Of a DNA stretch of 64,000 bases, positions 13,216 through 26,131 are shown piece after piece; the stretch's first letter is position 1, and every line of letters starts with the position of its first letter. The position numbers were made by a program, and so were the translations under genes. The notes under the pieces were generated by a model. That model made no database searches. It worked only from the letters and a program-made list of their open reading frames with translations, and was not told the origin of the DNA. Source of the stretch: Eledone cirrhosa (Eukaryota); contig OZ024744.1 of NCBI GenBank assembly GCA_964016885.1, positions 80,724,001-80,788,000 of the forward strand, written 5' to 3'.

Positions 13216-13744
13216 TAGTATTGGAACTGTGATTTCTCAACTTGGAAAAGTAGCGGTTTTACCTGGAATGACTCACTAATCTCTGAGCTACACATTTTAT
13301 CAAGTAATGCTACTCGAAAGACACTTTGAAAGAACCCCATTTTGGCCAATTGTATTCTTTTTTATGTTAAATTACTATTTTACTAATGAAATAATTTTAG
13401 ACAACTCTTCAAAATTCTTCATTAATTAATTGAAAGGAGTGTATTTTAAATGTAATTGGCATGCTTTTTTAAATTTAATTAATCTATTAATTAAACTGCA
13501 AATTGTTATTGATGTTTACCTTTTCATGACCTTAGAGATAAGGTCATGAAAGGATAATGTTACTGCATATGACAATAACATCACTGTCATTTCATATCAA
13601 GGTAGTCAGCAAAAAAAGTACTTTTTGCTGATCTGTCAATCTTGATTGTGATTTATAAGCAAAGATCAACATTCATTTAAGTGCCTCATCTACTGTAAGC
13701 TTTTCAATTCACAAAAGACAGATGTATTCTAAAATAAATCTGAT

Positions 13745-13940
13745 TCGGATTGGCAGTATCGATAGAGGGTCGGACGCCATGCTTTGACGCATAGAGTTAC
13801 GACCCTTGCCATTCTGAGTTCAAATCCCGCCGAGGTTAACTTTGTCTTTCATCCTTACGGGGGTCGATAAAATAAAGTACCAGTAATGCGCTGGAATAAT
13901 TGCTGGCCTTGTGCCAAAAAGTAGAAACAATTATTAATAA
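13745..13940 (+). mobile_element. SINE family A
   Basis: Near-complete homologue of 808-994. Confidence 0.85.
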
Positions 13941-14124
13941 TGGGACAATGAGAATACACATGAATATACAAACATCAGAAAATACCTTGAAGGTTAAAAA
14001 GATACGGATTTTTAGAATCATCAACAAAAAAATATGTTGAAAGAAAATATATGTTTTTATATGTATGTGCATATGTGTGTGGGTGTGTATATATATATAT
14101 ATATATATACACACCATACACATA

Positions 14125-15000
14125 CATCGTCATCTTCATTGTTTAATGTACATTTCAGATCAGGATACGTCTTGCTTATATGAATCTGTATTTTGGCTTG
14201 GTTTTCCAGCTGGATGACGTTTGTAATGCCAAACATGTCACAGTGTGGACTGTGTGCTTTTTATGATAACACCAAAACGACCATCTAACAGGATGGACTG
14301 GGTGATTTTTGTCGTGTTACAAGCACGACCACCTTACAGGGTGGACTGAATGCTTTTTGTTGTGTCACCAACACAACCACATTATAGTGTGAACTGGGTG
14401 TTTTTCATCAAGGCACCAGATAGACTGGGGTTTTTTTTTTGGTGTGTCACCAACACGACCACCTTACAGAGTAGACTGGGCACTTTTGGTTGTGTCACCA
14501 GCATGACCGCCTTACTGGGTAGACTCTGAATTTTTTTTTGTGTGTGTGTCTCCAGCACTAGCACCAACAGGATGAACTAGGACTAGACGCTTTTGTCTTG
14601 GCACTTGGGAGAGGAAGGAAGCTTGGGGAAATTGCGGACATAGGCAATAGGGGAGGGGTGGTTACTGCAAAATGAGGTGAATGAAAGGGGAGAAGGTTGA
14701 GGAAGATGTTGCCTACTAGGTATAAGCCTCAGTCTGAGAATAATAGAGGGCTGGTCTTCTGTAGTACTGCATAGCACCAGAGGTTGCAGTCCTTAGAGAG
14801 GTGTAATTGTGCAAGGTTAGCTTTTATTACCTCATCCCAAGTCTTCCTAGGCCTGCCCATTCCATGGTTACCATCAACTTCGAGTGTTCTGTACCTTTTT
14901 AGACAGCTGTCATCCTTCATACGCATCACATATCCATACCAACGCAATCTCCTCTCCTGCATGCAACAACTGATCCCTCTTATGCCTAATTTCTCTCTCA
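14125..15000 (-). mobile_element. RTE 3' fragment followed by 40-bp subrepeats and SINE-like tail
   Basis: REKLGIRGISCCMQERRLRWYGYVMRM..GRPRKTW (14729-15000), then degenerate 40-bp units and tail. Confidence 0.7.
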
Positions 15001-15106
15001 CACACACACATACAAATATAGTTCAAGGAGACAACAAACAGAGGTACAAACAGTTGTGTTAGTTTCACGTTGTATTCTCTGTTTATAAACATATATATAT
15101 GTGAAT

Positions 15107-15530
15107 GCGCATGGCTTAGTGGTTGCATGGGCTTGCAATCGAAACGTTGTGAGTTCAATTCTTGGACCGGGTGATGTGTTGTTTCCTTGAGCAAGACACT
15201 TTATTTCACATTGCTCCAGTTTACTCAGTTGTAGAAATGAGATAAGACTGGGGTCCCTATCATTCCACTGCAAAGTGGTCGTGGAGGTGCCACGGCAAAA
15301 AAGCACCCAGCCCACACTGTAAAGTGGATGTGTAGGTGACACGGAATAAAAGCACCCAGCACTCACTGTAAATGAGGTTGGTGTTAGGAAGGGCATCCAG
15401 CTGTAGAAATCAAGCTAGAATCAGTTCCCGTATGAGCAAGACAAGGTCAGCCGACCGGACTGCCCACAACAGGACACCCCGTCTAACCCATGCTAGCATG
15501 GAAGAATGGACGTAAAATGGTGATAATGAT
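15107..15530 (+). mobile_element. SINE family B, full length
   Basis: tRNA-like head, CCTTGAGCAAGACACTTTATTTCAC core, 40-bp subrepeats, RTE-like tail. Confidence 0.88.
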
Positions 15531-17744
15531 ATAGACACATACGAAATAGGGAGCGAATAGGACAAAGACAATGGAAGAAAACAACAGGAAGATGGACAGT
15601 CCCATCTCCTCAGTCAACCTCTGGGTTGTGGGACCATATATATGTGAGATGTGAACCTCTGGCCTGTCTGGGCGGTCAGTAGTCCCACGTCAGAATTAAT
15701 TTGCTCTGTGAAGACCTGCCCAACCCATGCTAGCTGGGAAAATGAATGTTAAATGATGATATACACACACGTACACACAATGTATATATTTATGTATGTG
15801 TGTATGTGTATGTGTGTATATGTGTATTTTGAAATTGTGGATAGTCTCAGTTGAGTGAAGTCTCTTCAGACTTGCCTTGTTCAGAATGCAAGACTATTTG
15901 AATGTGTATACTTCATGTAAAGCACTCCCCTTTCAGATATTTTTGCTTCTACCCTTTTGTTGACACACACAATCACCACATAATTTCTATCCCTTTTCCT
16001 TTACATAGTACCCGTCAAAACTGACATTGGTGTGCAGTAAGAAAAAGTTTTAATTTAATAATTCCTTGATTACAAAATTCTTTGAGAAGATACTTGAATC
16101 CCTAAGTTCTTCACTTTCTTGCCGTCTTCTTCATCGTGGTTTACTTAGTGCTACAATAACAACAACATGTAGATACAAAGATACTTGTCTAGCTACTGTG
16201 TTGGCAACTAACTTGTCTATAGGGTTGTTGTTTTTGTTGTTAATTCCAGAAATGTTAGAGAGAGCTAAGTAAAAAAAAAAGGGGGGGGGGAATAGATTTA
16301 TGAATGCGTATGTCTACGACATAGAAAGACAAGCAATGTGAGAGAGAGGGAGGGAGGGAGATATTGAAATAAGAAAAAATGGAGAAGATAAATACGTCTA
16401 TCTCTCATTTATGTCTCCTTCTCTCTCTTTATATTTATATATATAATCTTGACACAATGTAAAGAACAACTTCCGTTACAAACCAAAATCATGAACAATA
16501 CATTTACAAATTGGGCATTCTAGTATAACTTGCAAAGTGAATACACTTTGCTGAAGAGATCTATCTAACAAAATTGAAACATCTCTGAGAGGGTGTTGCA
16601 TGAAACCAAACTGTTAATGTGACCTATCCTGGGAGGCATGAGATGAACTGACAAAGTTTGCGTACTCCGAAACCCCAAAAAGGGTCTGGAAGGGAGCAAA
16701 TCTTAACCAGAAAACATTATTTTATAAATTTAATGTGTTGTGTCTTTAACTTTAAACCCCTCCACCCCACCCCAGAAAGTATATCAAGCATGATTTTGAA
16801 ACAGCTTTGGTATATAGTAAGATTATTTGCACACCCATTTAAACCACAAAGGCTGTCTTGTATACTTTTTTCTCTAAGATCTTGTTCAATAGAAAGAAAG
16901 GAATGTCGTTTACAAAGCAGAAAATAACTGGCCTACTATACAATTAATATTATCTTTTTTTTTCTTTTTAAGCAATCCTTAAAAGAATAAGAATAATGCA
17001 CACATTCCTACTAGTAGTTCATGTCCCACTTTGAGAAAATGTGTAGTCTTATGTTTCATATCAATATCAGCTGTAGTAACATCATGAAAAAGACAAAACG
17101 AAACAAATAAATAAATACAAAAGAAATCTCTCTAATACTTCATCTGAGTAATCTGAGAAACAGGAAACAAAACAGTCAAAATAGAGGCCTTCAATAAAAA
17201 GTTATCCTTGATAAAATATATATATATAAACAACAAAATAAATAAAAAAAACCTAGCAATTTTTAATCTTTGATAAATTTAGCCCTTTCATGACTTTTTC
17301 TAACTGAAAGAACTATAGGTCAATTTTCATTATTAACCCTTTTAGTACCAAACTGCCAAAAACTGAATCTGGTTCAATAATATAGAATTGTTTATTTTTT
17401 TAAGTATCTATATTTATCTAAAACCTATCATGATTTTATGTATGAACCTTTTGTTAAATTATGTTTCAAATACCAGCTTAAATAATGATAAAGTTGGTTA
17501 TATTACTAAATTCCTAAACAATTTTGATTATTTTCAGATAATTATAAAGCTAAACCATTTTAAAAAAAACATAACTATGGTTTCTGATTAGGCACAAGGC
17601 CAGCAATTTTGGGGAGAGGGGAAAGTCGATTAAATTGACCCCAGTGCGTGACTGGTACTTTACTTTATCAACCCTGTAAGGATGAAAGGCAAAACTAACC
17701 TCGGCGAGATTGTAATGGGCCATAATTCTATACTATGAAGCATA

Positions 17745-19321
17745 TCTTTATATATATAAAAGTGAGGATGTGTGTGTGTCTATGTACAACTTTGCATACT
17801 TAAGGCTTTTACAGTTACCAACTGAATTTGACCAAATTTTCTGTGCACGTTGCACAGGTCGCTAAGATTGTCACATCACAAACATTTTTTCAAATCGACC
17901 CACGTTGAGCAATAAAAACTCGATATCAAAATTGATGTAAGGGAGATAACCAACTTTATTGACAATCCTTATAAAAAAGGGAGATAACCAACTTTTCAGA
18001 AATATAAACATCACATTCATTTGAAGATAAATCACTAATATTATCGTTTGTTTCTTGTTTATTCTTTGTTGCACTTTCAAAGTTAAAAGAACACTTGTTG
18101 TTTTAACTTGTTTCACTATATTAAGTGTTAATTTTCGCGTTAAGGGCCTAATCTCGCAGCAGTCTCGAATTGACGAGATTTTGATGATGGTTTGTTTATT
18201 TTTAGAACAATCGTTATGGGACTTTCCATTCAAACCATTGGGACCTACAACTTTTACATTTTTTAAACTTTCATAAGCCATGTTGATACAAAAAAAAAAA
18301 TTTGTTGCACTTTCAAAGTTAACTGTAACGCTTCAATTCATACATTTTGACTTTACAACTTTTCACCACATATGCCCCGTAAAAGAAAGTATGCACATAT
18401 TGGCTATCGGTCGAAGAAAACAATGCGTGTAAATGACGCTCCGCCGATAACTGAAAATAGACAATCACTAAATGCGGTGAGTACAGTTATTGTAACATCT
18501 TTGTCCGCCGCTGAGCGTCGGTTAGTGCGGCAAACCAATAATGCTAAAGCAACTGCTGCAGAGACTACAGACCAACGTGAAACACGCCTTGCTATGGATT
18601 AGCCTGACTACATCAGGCGTGGATACTCCCTTCTTTCGCCGAACCCAATTTCCCCTTCGTGTTGCCTTTGCGATGTCCATAAACAAGTCGCAAGGTCAAA
18701 CTCTGTCCGTCGTTGGAATTCACTTGGATGAACCTTGCTTTTTGCACGGACAATTCTACGTTGTCTGCTCACGAGTTGGCAGTCGAGATAATCTCTTTGC
18801 GCTTGTTCCGAAAAGAAAAACAAAGAATATCATCTATCCTGAAGTGCTTTAGTGTTAACAAAAAAACTTATTACAGTTCTGCCATGATTTCACCTTACTC
18901 ATTACAAAACATACCAATGAATAAGTCATGCAGGATATTTTGGATTATAAGTTCAAAATTTAACCATACAGAGAAAGGATGCTTTCAAAGAATAGATTTT
19001 CTCTTATTCTACTCTCATTGTTTTTTTGTTTGTATACAACTCTGCTTTCATTACAACTTTTTGTACTTTAGCAAAACTGCCTGTTTTTCTACAGATTTGC
19101 AACGTGTATTGTCTTTAATCATTTGTATCCTGTTCAGTGTTTTCCTTCATTATCAGCATAGTTTTATGTGTACAAAGATTGCACTAAATATTCGTTTGTA
19201 TTAATTATTGAACACTTCTGCTTATTTTGACAGGTTGGGGACAAATAATGTTCTTTTACTTCCTAGCTGTATATTCTTAGTATAATTTCAAACCCCGAGC
19301 AACGGCGGGTAAATCTGCTAG
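17745..19321 (+). mobile_element. Internally deleted Helitron
   Basis: A|TC 5' end, 3' hairpin CCCG..CGGG and CTAG|T; putative N-terminal MPRKRK fragment adjacent to PIF1-helicase C-terminus (QFPLRVAFAMSINKSQGQTL..HGQFYVVCSRV) at 18620-18852. Confidence 0.9.
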
Positions 19322-19359
19322 TATAATTATAAAGCTAAAACATAAAAAAAATGTATATA

Positions 19360-19891
19360 TCTAAACTATAATAAAGGAAGGTCTACGGCACTGCATACAG
19401 TTTTCTTTTTAATCCTGTTAGTAAAATAAGTTGGATTACTTTGAATAAATAATGAATGAATATTACATAATTTATCTACTAAATTTCCTAAAAATAAATA
19501 ATTTAAAATTGACTTCTTTTCAAAGTTGCACTTCCGGTATATCGTTGCCACCACCACCACCACTTCAACTACCATATATATATATAGAAAGAGAGAGTGT
19601 GTGATGTCAACACTTCCGGTGGCGATCACTTAAATAAACATACTAATTTTCTGTCACTAATTTTCTCCTAATACAGTTAATATATAAAATCGTCTTTTTT
19701 TAACGTATCATGGATTACGTTACTGATTACATAAGACAGTGTAACGCAGTCTTCATTCAATTTCTGTTTATATTGTCAATTACGATTTTATTTGATGTAT
19801 CATATCTACATGTATATATACTTACGTATAATATCTATATACACACTACACATGCTAGCAGAAAACCACCCAAAGGGTGGTTTTCTGCTAG
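19360..19891 (+). mobile_element. Second non-autonomous Helitron-like element
   Basis: A|TCTAAACTATAATAAAG start; ends in hairpin and CTAG|T. Confidence 0.6.
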
Positions 19892-20399
19892 TAATTATAA
19901 AGCTAAACCATTTTTTAAAAATATATATTTCTGGAAGCATGACTCTTAGTAAATAGAAGTCATAAGTAGAATCTTAACATTGAGTTTACTTAACAACATT
20001 CTTCTGGGTTCAGTTCTTCTGCATGGCACTTTGGGTAGGTGTTATTTACATGTCCTCAGGTAGACCAATGCCTTTTGAGTCAACCTGTTCAATGGAAACT
20101 TCTGAAGCTTGTCATGTGTATGTGATGTGTGTCTGTGTTTATGTCACACAGCTTAATTTTTAATGTGATGCAGTCATATTGCTGCTTTGTACTTTTCAAG
20201 AATGTTTTGCTAGTAATGTGGTTTCCTGTGGTACAGGACGTTAAGAGTTAATCACAACAAGGAAAACGGAAGGGCAGTATCCATGACTCTTTACATGGCT
20301 TGCATGATAGCTGGGAAGGGGGAGATGAGTCATCTTCAGACCAGAGACATGATTTAAATGCTTACAACAGAGTAAGAGTAAAAGGTAAAGACCCCTTTT

Positions 20400-20705
20400 G
20401 GGTACAAGTGACCATGGAATTTTCACATAGAAAGTTCCCCTCTGAGGCACAAGTCAAGGCAAGGTTGTTTGTGGAAGACCAACAGTCACACATGTATATT
20501 GGTTTCCCCTCTTCAGACCACCAATGTTGTCTAAGGGGAAAGGCTGATACAGCTGTCACCAATGACGTTGCAACTCATTTCTACAGCTGAGTGAACTGGA
20601 GCAACATGAAATAAAGTGTCTAGCCCAAGAACACAATGCAAAGCTCGGGCCGAGAATTGAACTCACAATTGTAAGCCCCAATGCTCTAACCACTAAGCCA
20701 TGGCA
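20400..20705 (-). mobile_element. SINE with family-B head and a different body
   Basis: Head and CORE-like segment as family B; body shared with 37335-37595 and about 12340-12440. Confidence 0.7.
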
Positions 20706-20719
20706 CCCAAGGGCCTAGT

Positions 20720-21060
20720 GTGGTGTTAAACCAGGCAACAGATTTAGTCTGTCACACAAATAAGCTGCAGTGGGATTTGAACAGAAAAAGCCTGAACAAC
20801 TACTGCAAGGCAACTTGTCTGATGTTCTAACAATTCCTGTCTCTTGCCATTGCTGTACATTCTGCCAAACTCCTTCCTCTCCATTCCTTAACATCATCTG
20901 TCCATCTCCTTTTCTACTATCCTCTGGTCTTTTTCCCCTGTATTTGTCCCTCAAGGATGTGGATAGTCAAATTTTGGAGCCTGGTGACATGACCGAAATA
21001 CTGAAGTTTCCTTTTCCTTACTGATTCAACCAACTGTCGATTGGCACGAATCTATTGCAG
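20720..21060 (-). mobile_element. Decayed RTE/BovB-like LINE 3' fragment
   Basis: RKLQYFGHVTRLQNLTIHILEGQIQGKKTRG..RRWTDDVKEW. Confidence 0.7.
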
Positions 21061-22609
21061 GATAGATATTTATAAAGATATAATTTAAAAACCCAGAAAA
21101 CTTAAAATTCCTGTTTACCCCCACCCACTTTCTTTATCTAAATAAAAGTGTGACCTTTTTTCCTATGATTATATTTATATTTTTGTTCACCCTGTGAGGT
21201 AATAGTTGTAGCACACTGAAGAGTTAATATTTGCCAATCAATTGAATGACTTTTAATATTGGTTTGGTGCCAGTGTATCAAGTAGCCATAGGAGAGAAAC
21301 ATTTGGGTATCCATCCATGGGGTAACTCATTTCTTTTCAGTCATTGTTATGCTATAACATGCTCACTTTATTGGTTGTTTCACTCAAACTGAGTCTATTA
21401 CTAATAATATTATCATATTATGTCTCTTCATAAATCTTATTTTATAAAAAGAAATAGGTTACAGAAACCTATTTTGAAATAATTATATTTTTTGACTATT
21501 TTAATAATTATTTTCCTCGATTGTTTTAATATATAGTGACAAGTAAAAAGAGCAGCATGCTGCATTAATTTCCTGCTTATACTTAGTTATATCACTTTAC
21601 ATCTTGACTTCAATTTTACCATTCACCCTAATTAAAAGTACCAAATTGGACTATATCTTTCCTTGGGTTAAAATTATTAGCGTTTTCAAATCTATTTTTC
21701 AATGACATTATAGATTGAACAGGCCCAGTCCGTAAAAACGATGCCAAAATATGGATCATATAAGCAAAACTTGGTTCTCTGACCCATCTAGTCTCAGATC
21801 GCAACCTGTCCAACCCATGTTAGCATGAAAAGCAGATGTATGATGTCAATACTTAAATGGAGCTAGTATCCTCCTAGATGGATCAAGGGGGCATATCTCA
21901 CTTACATACATTCCATTCTTGGCATGGTTTCTATGACTGGGTGCCCTTCCTCAAACTAACCACTTTACAGAGTGTACAGTGTGCGTTTTATTGTGACACC
22001 AGCACAAGTGAGGTTGCCATGTCCTTTACAGGACCAAAGAATCGTCTTAACCTTTACATTGGCATGATTTCTGCAGCTGGATGTTCTTCCCAATGCCAGC
22101 CACTTTACAGAGTGTACTGGGTGCCGACAAGTATTTTACAACCAATTTCCTTTGTTAGATAAGGTAGACTTGCAGGCCCCATCACACACTCCTCCATGCC
22201 CCCTCCCATCAACCCTTTAGCTTTTACTTTCTTCTCCATCTTTAGTCATTCTTCGGTTACCAAAACAGATTGGAATAAAAATTTCCAGGTGCTTATCTTT
22301 GATCTCACAAAGACATACAATACCAAAGAAGAAAGGGTGTCATTTTGTTTGCATGTATCATTTTATATATAACAATTATAAAAATTTATTTGTAAATGTC
22401 TAACTTAGAATCCTATATATATGTATGTGTGTAGACATCTTAAATAATTAATAATTATCTATTTATGTAAGTATTTACTATTTATTAATGAAGATTTGAA
22501 AACTAGACTAAATAGTTCATGGTAACCTATTTAAATAAATTTGCTAATGATTAATGGCAACCAGTCTCAGAAACGACAGCTCTAAAGTTGATCTTCGGAT
22601 CAACATCGT

Positions 22610-23105
22610 CATCATCACGACCACCAATTAATGTCCATTTTTCTATGAGAACATGGGTTAGACGAGTTGTCCCATTACGAGACAAGTTGGGTCTGATGAC
22701 TGTGTCTTGCTCATATAGAACTATTTCTGGCTTGGTTTCTACAGCTGCATGCCCTTCCTAATGCCAACCACATTTGCAATGTGTACTGGGTGCTTTTTGT
22801 TATGACACCTCTACAACCACTTTATAGTGTGGACAGGGTGCTTTTTATCATGACACCTATACGACCACTTTACAGTGTGTACTATATGCTTTTTGTCGTG
22901 ACACCTACATGACCACTTTACAGTGTGGACAGGGTGATTTTTGTCACGACCACTTCACAGTGTGGACTGGATGCTTTTTGTCGTGACACCTACATGACCA
23001 CTTTACAGTGTGTACAGGATGATTTTTGTCATGGCACCTACATGACCACTTTTTACAGTGTGGACAGGGTGGTTTTTGTCATGGCACCAAAACAACCACA
23101 TTACA
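22610..23105 (-). mobile_element. SINE-B-related body with expanded 40-bp VNTR (about 8 units)
   Basis: Units like GACCACTTTACAGTGTGGACAGGGTGCTTTTTGTCGTGACACCTACAT next to the GGAAGGGCA motif and tail. Confidence 0.8.
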
Positions 23106-23620
23106 AAGCGGAATCAGAGCTAGCAGCAATGAAAAGATAAAAACAATGATTACTGGGGAGGCACAGCAGCAAACAGTCCAGTTGGAGGGCAAGGCTCTGG
23201 AGGCCGTTGATTCAGTTACAATACTTAGCTAGTGACCTCACTAATGATAGCAACTCAGAAACTGTTGAAACCTATATGGTCCAACTCCTCCATTAACCAA
23301 AACACCAAACTCTGTATTTATCAATTGCCATGTTGATAGTCACTTATGCTTGCAAGATATGGAAAAAGACCATCAGAATCTATAAAACAATAGGTGTTTT
23401 ACACTGACATTGCTTTAGGACTATACTCAGAATAACATGGTATAGCCTCATAGTGAATGATGAGATTATAGAAAGGACCAATCTGAGTATCTGAACATCA
23501 TCACCATACAACAGTCATAAGGTGCTTGGCCATATGCTATACATGCATATAAATAAACCAGTGAGAGCCTTCCTCATGTGGAAACCAGAGAAGAGATAAG
23601 AGGAGGCAGGTCTGTTAAGA
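23105..23620 (+). mobile_element. Highly decayed RTE-like LINE fragment
   Basis: KIKTMITG..LEAVDSV..YACKIWK..CLRTILRITW remnants. Confidence 0.6.
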
Positions 23621-23931
23621 CCTGGTTGAGGTCTCACCTGGGAGCCGACTCAAGGCAAAGCGGCAACCGTGTTCAATGGAGAAATGGAGATCTCTCACTC
23701 TTTAGTGTTTCATTGGGATCAAAAGGAACTATCTTACTAACAGGTACAAATTTAATATCTGACTGGTAAAACTCATGCAGAGGATTCAGAATATTCAAGA
23801 ACTTAGCTCACTGAATTAGTAATAGTTGAAAATCCAACTAATACCATGTATTGAAATATATAAATTACATCTGTTTACATACCAAGAGTTCATTTCTTTT
23901 GTAATATGAAATTGTACTCAAGTAACTACAC

Positions 23932-23969
<38 letters not shown>

Positions 23970-23972
<3 letters not shown>

Positions 23973-24129
23973 CATATACAGAACAAAAGAGCCACCCAAG
24001 GTAGCTCCAGAATACAAGAGGCTAATATACGAGTATAAGCACTTGAAGAGATTTGATGCCTCTTGTATTCTAGAGGTATGATTAATATTGGGTCTTGAAA
24101 CCTTGAGTAGTGTTGTTCCGTGTATGAAC
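23970..24129 (+). ncRNA. Long hairpin with type III hammerhead topology and a damaged core
   Basis: CAAGG-TA|(18-bp stem I)-GTATGA-..TTGGGTCTT-GAAA-CCTTG, closed by an outer 17-bp stem; CUGAUGA not intact. Confidence 0.4.
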
Positions 24130-24160
24130 ATTAATCACACCAGCGGATATTGCTACACAT

Positions 24161-24212
<52 letters not shown>

Positions 24213-24443
24213 GGAACAACCCCCCCCCCCCTCCATCATTTCCAACAAGTTCTTCAGTCGATTTAATCAACAGAACTGTCTGCTCACGAAATTAATGTGT
24301 ATGTGGCTATGCATTTCCCAGGCACATGCACCCTTAACATAGTTCTGTGGGAGATTCAGTATGTCAAGGCTGCACTAGGAATTGAACTGATGATAGTATG
24401 ATCGAGAGCTGAAAACCCTAATCATTAAGCCACATGCCTTCAC

Positions 24444-24475
<32 letters not shown>

Positions 24476-24549
24476 TAAATAATATAAACCTTTTCCACTC
24501 ACAGGAAGAGACCATAGTATTGGTTGATATCTTCTGCTACCTAAGCGAT

Positions 24550-25050
24550 ATAATCATCAGTGGGAGGTGTGCTCCGAGAGCATGCTAGCTAGAATATGGG
24601 CAGGATAGCAGAAGTTTAAAGGTTTCTCACAATGAATGAAAGTTCGGCTGTATGACGTGTGTGCAAAATGTGATATTGCATGGTAACGAGACATAGTTAG
24701 TGATTGCAGAGAACATGCGGAAGGTGGAGAGAAATGGGAGCAAGCATGCTTTGATTGATGTGCAATGTTAATGTGTGAGATCAACAAAACATGGATGAAC
24801 TGAGAGAGAAACTGGGGATAAGGGAAATCAAATGTAGTGTGCAGGAGAGGGGACTGCATTACTATGGACATAAGATGCACATGGATGATGATCACTGGGT
24901 GAAGATGTGCCAAGTAATCCTAGTGGAAGGAAGCCACAATAGATGAAAACCAAGGAAGACCTAGATGGAAGTGGTGAGAGCTGATCCCAAATTGTTGAGG
25001 CCTACAGAAGAAATGACAAAGGAACGTGAGAAGTGGAGAGATGCTACACA
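24550..25050 (+). mobile_element. Decayed RTE LINE 3' fragment
   Basis: GGCSESMLARI..RLYDVC..LRE-LGIREIKCSVQER..KPRKT remnants; similar remnant at 27530-27905. Confidence 0.7.
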
Positions 25051-25244
25051 GATATATATATATTCCTACTTAATGTGAAAGCAGGAATTTTTGGCTTAAA
25101 CTGTAAATCTGTACTGTAAATCTGTACTGTTAAACTGTAAATCTGTACTGATATTAAATATTTGCTCTACGGGTTTATATATACTTATATATAAAATAAA
25201 ATAAAATAAATAAGTCAAATGTTTAAAATTTGGCTTCGTTTATT

Positions 25245-25299
25245 ACTGCTATATATATTTCGGTGACAGCCATCTTTGGCTGTAACCTCTTCAGGCAGT
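25245..25299 (-). ncRNA. Type I hammerhead ribozyme, apparently intact
   Basis: ACTGC-CTGAAGA-GGT.ACAGCCA-AAGA-TGGCTGT.ACC-GAAA-TATATATA|GCAGT: 5-bp stem I, 10-bp stem II, palindromic stem III, AUA cleavage site. Confidence 0.85.
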
Positions 25300-26131
25300 C
25301 CGAATTAGTGCGGTAGAGACAAGTACACATGTTGTTGAGGTGTATAACTTTGTCAATACTCTGATATGCCCAGTTCCTGGTTGGGTTGTTGTTTCATTGA
25401 GGAACTGGAATCATGAATTTAAACAAACGAATTTCAGCGTCAGAGGACATCTCCTCTCATTGGTCAGTTGTGAGAACATTCCTCAGTCAAAAGTCTATAG
25501 AAATTCATTCTGAGGCAAGGCAATCTGTAGTGGTTTTTCCTTGCTATTGCTAAGTACATCTGACCTCTACTCTTATGTTGGTAGTGGTGTTGATGTTAAA
25601 ATCAGCTCAAAAAATGATAAAGTGGTAGAAGGAATAAGGTGGTAGAGTAACCAAATAAATAATCAAATAAAATGTGTGTGTGTGTTATACCCAATCTTAA
25701 TGTTATAAAAATTTGTAAGTTCACTCCTCCCGTTGGTCAGTTTTGAGAGCATTCCTCAGTCAAAAGTTTATAGAAATTCTTTCTGAGGTTAAGTTCCCTG
25801 TAGTGTTTGTTTTTGCTATTGTTAGGTACATCTGACCTCTACCCTTAATTTGGTAGTGCTGTTGGTGTTGTGGTCAGCCCATGTCTTGCTGCTGCTGACA
25901 TTTATAAGTATCTGTGTGTGTTTCTTCATCCATCCTGCCACCATCTCTCTTGTGGTGGTGGGGGTGGAGGGGGGGGGGGGGGTCTGCCATGTTTATGAAG
26001 AAATAGAAGGCAATAAGATTGCCTTCTATTTCTTGGTGAAGAGGGTGACTTTGGACATCCTGCAGGACTAAAAACAAAACCTGTCAAAGGGCAAAGGAGC
26101 TCTTAAGAGTCAATGGCCATCCGAAATCACC

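Noticed and set aside
13519-13631. Two short palindromes (about 12-15 bp arms)
   Set aside because: Short, with no motif or supporting context
16060-16270. Possible formin exon after a polypyrimidine acceptor
   Set aside because: Stops in all three frames from the inner acceptor and no Diaphanous similarity
17115-17152. YSDEVLERF peptide after a good acceptor on the minus strand
   Set aside because: Available donor gives the wrong phase for joining exon 11163; weak similarity
22760-23105. CRISPR-like 40-bp periodicity
   Set aside because: Degenerate VNTR of a SINE body without repeat-spacer structure
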